Assembly (NCBI GenBank): GCA_976226885.1
Contig: OZ320316.1
Coordinates: forward strand, 88,784,001-88,817,000
DNA from: Iphione sp. A-MEVVRFRX5
Taxonomy: Eukaryota
Direction: 5' to 3'
DNA length: 33,000 nt
Both the position numbers and the translations under genes were made by a program. Below are positions 1 through 9,722 of this stretch, one piece after another; the stretch's first letter is position 1; every line of letters starts with the position of its first letter. The notes beneath the pieces are model-generated. The model was not told where the DNA came from, ran no database searches, and saw nothing but the letters and a program-made list of their open reading frames with translations.

Positions 1-10
1 TCATGTCTCT

Positions 11-1075
11 TCTGTCTTATAATATTCAGATGATATTTTTAACAATTTTCAAACTATAGATTCCAAGATAGCTATTAACTCTATTCATGAGTTCAAATCC
101 CATTCTCCTCACATTTTCATTATCACTCTTATTATTCTATCATTTTGATGATCTCTTTATAACTGTTACTTATTACTCACAAAAGTAATTTCATGTTAAA
201 TTATTAGAATATTTGAAATATTTCACTTAATTGAAAAGAACAGCAACCTATGAAAACCATGTGTCTGTAGCCAATGAGATACCACAAGCACGAGTGATGA
301 ATGATACCAAGTTTCAAGGGCTGGGGCAATCACTGAGGTTCCCATAGCCTAAATGGATTCATGCAGGGCTACAACAAAATCCTTAGTACTGAAACAACCC
401 AATTTATGAAAAGGTAGTGCCTTAGTAGTGCAAGGGAGGGGGCCCCTTTTTACTTTTCATACTTTCTGTCTTATTATGTTGAGATGAAGTTTTTTTTACA
501 ACTATACATTCCAGGATGAGTATTAGCTCTATTAACAGGTTCGAATCCAGAGCTCCTCACATTTTCATTACCACTCTTATTATTCATCACTTCACCCCCT
601 CTCTTAGAACATGGGAGAAGAGCACTTTTTCTCCATCACTCTATAAAGTTTTAACACTATTACAAACACTGATACTCTAATCAAGTCAGACCCTCTAACC
701 TACATAAACCCAAAGTAAACCATGCCAAACAACGAAACAAGAACATGTGCCCAAGTCTCATGGACTGACACAATCACCATGGCCCCAGTGGTCATATTGG
801 CTACAGAATGACTTCAATTGTTGCAAAACCTCAACTCAACTGAGACTCATGAACTAAATTTCTGGAAAGTGGTCTCCTCCATAACTTTTTTTGGCTTAGA
901 ATGTCAAGATGATATTTTTTACAATTTTCAAACTATAGATTCCCAGATGGGTATTAGCTCTATTCACAAATTCAAATCCCAATCTCCTCACATTTTCATT
1001 ACAACTCATTTTGTTCATCATTTTGGTCACCTTTTTATAACTGTTACTTATTATAAGTGTTACTTATTACTCTCA
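11..1075. repeat. Three diverged copies of a ~130-170 bp core in a degenerate ~440-bp tandem unit
   Basis: Core (GATGATATTTTT-ACAATTTTCAAACTATAGATTCC...TATTAGCTCTATT...TTCAAATCC...CTCCTCACATTTTCATTA) recurs at ~11-178, ~465-590 and ~907-1073. The spacers also share a 21/27 direct match (307-333 vs 751-777, offset 444). Confidence 0.85.
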
Positions 1076-1198
1076 GTGATCAAAATCAAACAGCTTCAGA
1101 AATCTATGTTCACATCTTGGACAAATTCATTAGACATATATTCATCTCTAAGAATGACATACATGTACATATTGATACAATGTTGTCATCAAACTAGA

Positions 1199-1241
1199 GC
1201 CTCTGTAGCGCAATCGGTTAGACACTTGCTTCATATGCATT
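1199..1241 (+). pseudogene. tRNA-like 5' fragment (A-box half only)
   Basis: GCCTCTGTAGCGCAATCGGTTAG matches the 5' end of vertebrate tRNA-Asn(GTT), recalled as GTCTCTGTGGCGCAATCGGTTAG, at 21/23. There is a weak TGC-TTCATAT-GCA stem-loop. No T-arm/B-box and no acceptor-stem partner. Confidence 0.3.
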
Positions 1242-3794
1242 AAAACCTAGTTTGTGGTTGTATTATTTTTCCCCAACAAATGTCAAAAAGTATGTCAAAA
1301 ACTGAAAAAAGTAGGTCAATGACATTAAAAGTAGTCATGACCATGACCTTGATCCCTAAAAAGTCACTTCCGGTTTGTACTGGAAGTAAAAGAGCAAATT
1401 TCCGAATGTCCCATTATTCCATAGTCCTTATCTGACACCCAAAATTAACATATATACTACTGGTGAAGACTTGGAGAAAATAAGATAGAAAGATCGGTTA
1501 TACACAAACATCACATATAACCTGCCTATCAAGGTATTATAGTAGAAAAGAATTAGTTTATTTTAATTTCTTCTGTATCATGTTAATAGGTACAGAATAA
1601 TCGGGCTGTATAACAATGATACATTCCATTATCATGGCTTAGCTTGTTGCAATACATTTCAAATGGTGATTTGTCAGAATATTATTCTAGGTGCCATAGT
1701 GATAATTCTGCTCCGACATATTTAGTTGAATATTAATGCAAGAGCATCAGTCAGCAAACTCTTTTTAGTATGAGATAGTATTCAAGACATTTCCACAACA
1801 TTCGCCAATCATTCTGTATGAAATATTTTCACAACAGTTGACTTGATAGAAAATGCAAACACATTCTACCTTCTCCTATACACGTACATTCAATCTGTGT
1901 GAAGTGAACCGGCTGTGAACCGGGACGTATTCTACGCCTTTCGTTTATTGCTGGGGCGGTTCTTTTCGAACGGCGGTACTAACCAAAGTGGTCGCGTATT
2001 CCCTGTTGCGACTCCCGCCTGAACTGGCCAGGTGGCGCGAGCAGTGCCATTGATCGCCCTCTTCCATCAATGACTCAGCTCGCATGGTATAATTGCGCGG
2101 GGTGTGGCTGGTGTTTCCTGTAATGCGAGACGGTGGCGGTCATGGTGCCAGAAAGACTCGGGCCATAATTTGTGTCAGCACCAGGCGACAGAACATCACG
2201 CTAAATTGTGGTGTCAGATATTGAGGCACACAGTGGGGTAGAGCGGCGTTTCTAGCCAAGTAGCCATAGTTTTAAAGACGTGTAAATTGGAGAATGATCG
2301 CCCATTAACAACCCAATCCTACCCGCACAGCAGTCGCATCACGCACAACCTATGATGGTAAGTGGTTCATTTCTCCATGTTCAATCAAGACAACCTACTG
2401 TACGTCGGAGGAACACGTTAACTACATGCCACTGGTAACGGTTGATAAGACGGTACGTTTGGGGCGAGGCCGACAACCATATGTCTGGGGGCCTTGTCCC
2501 CCAGCCGTTACTGATGACTTCCAAACCCTCACAGGGGGCTGCCTTGAATTAGCACATTTCAGCAATCCATCCAGAAGACGTATTAGCAACAGTACACTAG
2601 CCCTTAAATAGTACGGTAATACTTCACAGACCCATAGAGGATGCGATCAGGCTATATTCACTAAGCAACAGGTTGTTCAGTACGTTTGGATACTTCTATC
2701 TCTCCGGGTTAACATTCTTAATGTGAATGCTTGTATTCTAAGCTGCAAAATAGGACTATGGAGTTAACTTACGGTATGGCTAAATAGATGCTTTGTTGGA
2801 TGATCGGCAGTGGAAGGTTATTCACAAGTCAGCAGCTTCTTATACATGAAGATACATGTAAATATACGTTTTGGGGAATGCAGGCCTTTCCTCAAGTACA
2901 GCAGGAGGGAATGACAGAGGCTGAGGGCACTTGTGGGTAGATATATAGGTAGGAGATTTCAGGCTGGCACCTCAGTTTGTTGGGGTGACTGGTGGTGCAA
3001 CTGGTTGGCCAACATGGTGACAGGTCAATAAGTGGGTAGGTCCCACGACAGAACCAGGCTGTCAGTGGACGGCATAGGGGCCTGCTGTTCTGCAGGTAGA
3101 CTACATAGTAAGCTTTGTAAGAAATATAGTCGTACCGAGTATAAATATTATCAAAACAGCTTGAATTGACGGACACAAAGACATAAGATCTCGAAACCAA
3201 ACGCATAAAAGGCCGCCAAAGGTATAGAGTAAGTTCAGTTGTATTTTTCATTCATCATGTTTTAGTATACAAAGCAACAAATAGGAGACTTTTTATCTCC
3301 AATATATTTGTGACATGAAAGTAACGACACATTCGTTTATTCACTGAACATTTGGCAAAGCTGATTACAGAAGACCGTACCGTAATTTATGAAACTAATA
3401 CAAGAGAAATGCGCTATCATAAAATCACAAATACAAACAATGTACATTATACACATTTGGAAGCCTTCCCTGTCTGAAAGCAAAGACCTAATGTTTAATT
3501 CACATTCTGCATCATGCCAATTACACCACTTGTTTTTAAGAATATAAGCGGTTCGGATGTCCTTTTAGAAGTTGTTATAATGTCGGGATTTGCTTGTCCC
3601 GTAGAGAGGATCCGCTTACAGCACTCAGTGGGACAATCTTACCTGATAAAATCAGTTAACAGGTATCCCTTTTCTTCGTGTAGCCTAGGGAGATACTGGC
3701 ACTGAATATTATCCCAATCCTGTAACTTATAGCAATAATTTATGAGCACTGTTTCGACTTTCAAGGATAAGGTTGGACCAGGATAAGGGCCAGT

Positions 3795-4310
3795 TTCCTT
3801 GCCTGCATTGCAGTGTGTTCACCTGTGTTTGCCTTCTGTGTGTGTTAATGTGTTTTTACATGTGTTTTCCGATGATGCAGCCTCACGGAGAGGGATGCCA
3901 TTTGATGATGTGTTGTGTGCATGAAATCGATCATAGATCTATGATAGATGGATGAAGAAGGATAAATATGATGCTAAAGGCTGTAAAAATGATTGCAATG
4001 ATTATAATAAAGGACAAATAACAAACTAAATAAAAAACTAAAAAAATGACAGGGAAAATGATGAAAAACTATAAATATGATGGTAAAAGCCAAAAAATGA
4101 TATGAAAAGTATTGAAAAGGATATGATTGTGCAGCAATGTGCAATAATGAGCAGTAATCATGATTTTTCATGTGTTTTACATAGTTTCACGTGCTTCAAA
4201 GACATATCCTGTATCCTACTGGTGTGTTTGGCATCCATGTGCATTAAATTATTGGTCAGGGACCTTTAATGAAGAATGCACCCAAAACGGACCCAAATGC
4301 ACAGAGATGT
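3795..4310 (+). repeat. Low-complexity dispersed repeat, copy 1 (related to 18600-19095)
   Basis: TG-rich block, GCAGCCTC, A-rich purine block, TATCCTGTATCCTA...GGTGTG (4205-4226), AAATTAT, then AATGCACCC/AATGCACA motifs. Similar motifs occur in a largely similar order at 18.6-19.1 kb. Confidence 0.5.
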
Positions 4311-5053
4311 GTATGACACCCCATACTGTAATCAACCTGATCCATAAAACAGACCTAAACGTACCCAAAATAGACCCAAAATGTAAGGATCTAGAATAAA
4401 AATGCACGGATCTATAATAAAAATATCTCTATGAAAATAGCTTAACGTCATATAGAGTATTTGGCAAATTATGTGGAAATTGATGGACCTACAGTGTGAC
4501 CTCCCCCTGCGGACAAATCTACAATGCGGACGCATCTGAAATGCGGCAATTCATGAAAGAACCATACATTTTTATCCATACACAAGGAAATAGCATTGCA
4601 TTGGTGTATGTGTCTGTATGTTTGGGAAATTATTAGACAGGTACCGGCACCAATAATGTGCAATACACAGAAACACGTACAGCTCCTGCAGGTATGGAAC
4701 GCCACACATTGATAACCATTGATTCAGTAAATATGCACAAAACTGCACGCAGACACCAACGCAGGTAAGGAAACCAGGCCTTTCAAGGAGATTTTTCCGT
4801 TTTTTCTTATTCCACCAGTGTGCTTCACATTTTCGAACATTTGCATGATTACGAAAGAAATTAAGGGCTTGTATCAAAAATAGGTTATGGTTAGTTGTAC
4901 TCCCATGGGGCAACCAACCTCCCAGAATGCAACATCTCCCAGAATGCACTGTGAAAAGCCGGACTTTCCAGAACGATGCCTTTTTATATAGGTAGGTAAT
5001 AACCCATTTTAGCTAAACGTCTGTAATCAGGACAGACAGTTTAGGGGAGCATC

Positions 5054-5193
5054 CCCCTACAGACACTGTTTTAGCATGAATTTGGGGCTGCAGAGAGGCC
5101 TCAGAAGTCATTTCCACACATTTCCCTTGGTATTCCCCTACAGACAATGTGTTTTAGCGTGAATTTGGAGCTGCAGAGAGGCCTCAGAAGTCA
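5054..5193. repeat. Direct duplication of a ~57-59 bp unit (period ~82)
   Basis: CCCCTACAGACACTGTTTTAGCATGAATTTGGGGCTGCAGAGAGGCCTCAGAAGTCA at 5054-5110 and a near-identical copy at 5135-5193. Confidence 0.92.
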
Positions 5194-5297
5194 ATGTACA
5201 TTTTGTTGTGCGAATTTGGGTAGAATTTCAAGCCTCTAAAGTCAAATTAGGACAAGCAGACCCTCATATAAGACCCTCAGACCCTCACAGCTGTTCA

Positions 5298-5470
5298 GGA
5301 CTCTTACTCATAAAATTCAATACTTTTGGGACTCCTACTCGTCACATTCAGTACTTTTAGGACTCCTACTCGTCAAATTCAGTACTTTTAGGACTTTTAC
5401 TCATCGAATTCAGTACTTTTAGGACTCCTACTCGTCAAATTCAGTACTTTTAGGACTTTTACTCGTCAAA
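5298..5470. repeat. 31-bp minisatellite, ~5.6 copies
   Basis: Unit GGACTCCTACTCGTCAAATTCAGTACTTTTA starts at 5298, 5329, 5360, 5391, 5422 and 5453 (partial). Head-to-tail, no spacers. Confidence 0.96.
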
Positions 5471-5731
5471 CATTGACAGGTTTGACCCCCAAGTCATATC
5501 CCACTGACATATCTACAAACCGGCCACGCCTAAAATGCGGACAGTTTGGGTAGAACATGCAAGGGTGTCCGGTATTGGGACGTTCGACTGTATATACATA
5601 TATAACCGTCAGCTGGGAGTGCTCTGATGTCCTTTTGTGGATTAAAATCACTAGGCTAAATGCAGAAGCAGACATTACCGATCCCACAGTTGGTTCCAAG
5701 CACGCACTATCAGTAAATAAAAAAGAGCATC

Positions 5732-6331
5732 TTTCGCGCGGCCTTAATTAATTGAACGTTGCGGAGCCTGGTTTAACATCGGGGCATATTGCATGTGACA
5801 AGAACGCAGACAAATCAAAGCGATTCGTCATCAACAACTTGAAATGTTGTCGCTCCATTCATCAGTAGTGTGGGGCGAGACAAAGCGGGCTTCGTGGGTA
5901 GACTGGGCCTAGATTGATCAGCACGCTCTCACAATCCCCACTTCGATCCGGATCCAAACGTGACAGATTAAAATGACTAATGGTCGCCTGTGGTATTTGA
6001 GGGAAAGCATTTTGGCGCGGCAGCCGCCATTCTCCTGAATTATGATCAAAGACAATCGATTACGGGCGCACGCATAACGAGCTGGCCCTCTTCTCGTCTT
6101 AACCAAAACATTATTGTCCGCTCGCCCTAATTTGCATCATCAATAAAGACGTCTTCCTATGATCAATGCAACATCTTCTAATCTTGCTGCTTGGCGAGGA
6201 TTAGACTGACAGAAACCTGGCCGCTGTGAAGGACGTCCTATAGGAAATCAGTAAGAGGATTCACATTGCGTGACATCGCTAGTCCTTTGTATGATGTGAT
6301 GCCATTTGGCTCTTCTATGCGGATATCAAAG
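5732..6331. promoter_or_regulatory. CpG-rich block with clustered TF-like motifs (possible enhancer/promoter)
   Basis: TTTSSCGC (E2F-type) at 5732 and 6011, GCCGCCATT (YY1-type) at 6023, ATTTGCAT (octamer) near 6130, and ATCAAAG (TCF/LEF-type) at ~5814, ~6045 and ~6325. Motif matches only. Confidence 0.25.
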
Positions 6332-8060
6332 CGATTTTGCGAAAAGAATGTGCGTAGATATGTAAAATGTGGTAGAAGCGAAACATCACACCTTGTACTC
6401 TCAACCTTGGGAGGTGCGCCATCGGCTTGCTTACTATTGATCTGCCATCGGTTTTCGATGCATATATTGGAAAGTAACATTGTAATTCTAACTACGAACC
6501 ACATACACCCTCCATAATGAACAAAGCCCTGGCAACTGACAGGATTTTGAACATCTCTTCTAAAATGTCATCATTCGAACATCACATTTCCCTTCCCTTT
6601 TACAGTAATTGACAGCTCTGTTTCCTGTCCTTGTGTTCAACTCCCACTGTGAAGAGCGTTTGAAGGGAGTCCCTTCATCACTGAGTGGTGTTTCAGATTA
6701 TGTACTTCTCTTGTCGCCTGCAACATTAGCCAAGGTGTAAGCAAATAATAGTACGTACATCAAGAGGTTCAAGCGTGCAACAAAAAAAACGGTAAAGTGA
6801 TTTATAGGACTAAGATATCAACTGCTCTGTTTCAACGATCGTTTTTATCTGCAAGGCTTGAATAGTGATAACTAATAAGCCTTTCCGAAACATCTATCTA
6901 GTGGGAATTAAAATAAATTACCAGCGTAATACCGAATGTAATGCATTAGTATTTTATAGCAGGTAATGGCTGCGCCTTTCGTGTGACCCTTGCCAAATCC
7001 GATCGGGAAATGGCCATAGGGAGAAACTTGTTGCGTTCGTGCTGGACCACCCAGTACTTTGAGGCAAAGGATTGCATGTTGCAGACAGAGGAACTGACAT
7101 CCCACGATTGTCATTCATTATTAGTGCTCGTGGACTAGCCACGTCAATACAAGATTTATGAGTCGTACTTTCAAAAGCATTCCCTGAATGTAGATATCAT
7201 CTCGAAAAGAATACTAAGGACACATCGAAGAATCAATGGGACTGAGGGCAATTCAACCACAAGTTCATTGTATTATATGCATCGCTAGTTTGACAGGGCA
7301 CATTAAAGGCAATGCGTGGTACATCAAAGGCCTAGGTAAATATATTGTTTTCGAACGGATAGCAATGTGCCTTTGTGGGAAATGCTTTATCTTAGAACAC
7401 ACAAATCGCTTACTACCTGGAAAATGAACAGTGCCATGTCAATGTCCAACGCACCGAAAGAGAGGAAGACATTTGTAAAGACCATGTTGTTCGTGAATTA
7501 CAAAGAGTGCACTATACTACACAAGAGAAAGCTCGTTTATAATGACGCATGCAGTAAGTAACCTTCCTTGAATAAAAGACGCCCTGAAAGTTCGGATGAA
7601 TCCAGGAAGGAGCTTCAGTTAATATTTCATCATCTGTCTTTGGCATGTGGTGATCTCTAATAGAGATGCAGCGGCAACCTAATACAAAGAACGCGGGTAT
7701 ATGTATTCAAGGAAACAGAAAGCCAAAAAGCCAGACGCGGAAAGAAGAGTTCCTTTGACAAAGTTACTGGGCATCTCCCTCGGCCACACTTTTTCTCTTG
7801 TTCAGTTCACGAGCCTTCCCTAGAGGAATTCAAGACTTATTCCGGGTGCGTCTCCCCTGTCTCCTCAAACAAACACTTTCCGTTGAGGCCTGCCACTTTA
7901 GCCACATCAACGCATTAGACCTTATATTTCTTATGGGGAGAACTTTTATTCGTCTCGGCATGCGTTGTTTCGCAACGTAGGCTTTAATGTGACGTTGGCA
8001 CGAGATGTTCCTGATGTAGGCCAAGAGTGCTGAGGAGAGCATTTATTTCTCGTTTGTCAG

Positions 8061-8349
8061 GAATTCTGTGAGACAGATGGATTGCGTACAACCAGCGCGG
8101 GTGACACGCGCCCCGTCACAGTCCGCACTCGGCTCACATTGATCCTGCCACGACTGCCCTCCTACAACGGAGCATTTCCCGCGGGCCCCTCGACTAACGA
8201 ATCCGACATACGCCCGGAGGAGGCCTGGAGCACCTCTCCTTCACCGCGGCTGCCTCTCCAGCGGGAAGGGCGTCGCGGCCGACGACGCCAACACGACCCC
8301 CGCGTCGCTGGGGAAGAAGACCGGGTTTTGCTGCCAGCGTCAGGTTCAG
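8061..8349 (+). CDS. Candidate spliced exon of an unidentified gene; coding-like, but the reading frame is interrupted or switches
   Basis: Acceptor TTTCTCGTTTGTCAG|G and donor CAG|GTACGA. GC-rich island in AT-rich flanks. Codons 8236-8349 end in G/C at 34/38 positions (LLHRGCLSSGKGVAADDANTTPASLGKKTGFCCQRQVQ). No recognisable domain. Confidence 0.45.
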
Positions 8350-9674
8350 GTACGAGTCCTACTATAAGAAGGTCTAATGCTATCTTGATGGATTCAAAGT
8401 TGGCCGCAGGCTGAGTTTGGACGCGGGAGGTTTATAGCTTGTGCCGCTGTGTGCCTTTCCCTACGAGGTTATGGCTGAGATTTGTCAATAGCAAATTTCA
8501 TTTTTCAGATTATCTGCACAGCAAAGAGTTACATTCAGCGTTAAGAAATATCTTTGAAAAAGGTAATCATCAGATTAGGAATACAACCTTAATGGCGGCA
8601 GTATTTTAATCGAATTCAGTGCGAATTCTTTGTAAATTTTCGTTAATCTTATTAACTGAGAAAAATAGCTTATTGTGAATGAATCAGTATAGGTCGTGGA
8701 CTGAACACCCTATTTATAGATAAGCTTATTTTTACTGTAAGAGCTCTTAGCGATAACACAATAATACTCCAATAAAAGACAGAGCAACTTAGGCAGATGT
8801 ATACATGTGCAATTGAGGTATTTACTTGTAAAGAAGTACCAAGAATTGATTACGGAACTTTAAATTTGGCAAGCTGGTTGAGTCCCGTTCGGAGGCTAGA
8901 GACTTTTCGAATGTTCACATCTTTCAGACGTAAGCCATAAAGCGGTTTGTATCAATAAGCATTTTTATTTGCGTTTGTATTAGTTACAGGAAATTGACAA
9001 AACCCGGTTAATATTGGCGGCAGTTCAAAAGGATAAAAAAGGTCTTCTCTGGTCAACAGGGTTTCTTATGGTTTTGGTGAGTGAAATTTAGAAAGATTCT
9101 TTCATGTACATTTCAGTTTGAAGTATAACATGGCATATTTATTACTCATTATTCAACATATTGACATGATTTTAAAAGTTGTAAATAACAATATAATCTC
9201 CAGGGACTATTAATCGCTATGTATGTCCTTTTCAATTTTAATATTTCTCACACACATATAATTCGTATTGCCCACTATGATCTTTGAAACAGTTTATGGA
9301 CAGACTTGTAAGAAACGTTGAATGGTAACTACATGTATTTGGCATATTAAATCAAAATAGTGACGCCCACTCCAGTTATAAATGAAAGAGATTAACTTGA
9401 TATTGAAGGATTGGACATAACATTATGTCAAATTATTCATTATAAGGTCTTGTAAGACGTAGTTATCGATATATACATGCAGCTAAATGGCAAGTGCATT
9501 TGGGATGAATCCGTAAGACGGTTCACTTCAGGAAATACTTTCACCTGTTCAATTATGAAAATTTAAATAAACGATTACTCATTCCGGAACCAAGACATTA
9601 TGAACTGAAAGGCTGCCTGTAACGCAAAGCTTGATTAATCGTGCTTTCAGGAGTGTTCGATTCTCAATTTACAG

Positions 9675-9722
9675 ATGGCATTGTATCTCCCCAATGCCAC
9701 CCCTCGTCCCAATCAGTACCAG
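9675..9722 (+). CDS. Candidate 48-bp symmetric micro-exon
   Basis: Acceptor TTCTCAATTTACAG|, donor CCAG|GTAATT. Open in all three frames; phase 0 gives MALYLPNATPRPNQYQ. Confidence 0.22.

Larger units (their letters stand above)
4492..5590. mobile_element. Tc1/mariner (pogo/Tigger-like) non-autonomous element, interrupted by internal sequence
   Basis: TA on both flanks (4490-91, 5591-92). Imperfect TIRs: CAGTGTGACCTCCCCCTGCGGACA vs reverse complement CAGTCGAACGTCCCAATACCGGACA. The motifs ATCTACAA and AATGCGGAC occur near both ends. No transposase ORF. Confidence 0.5.

Noticed and set aside
1191-1480. Helentron/HINE-type non-autonomous element (AACTAGAGC start, TGACCTTGA motif)
   Set aside because: Only loose motif resemblance from memory. 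I could not define subterminal inverted repeats, a 3' hairpin or a second copy.
5298-5470. 31-bp repeat as a CRISPR array
   Set aside because: Units are head-to-tail with no unique spacers, no cas genes are present, and the context is eukaryotic.
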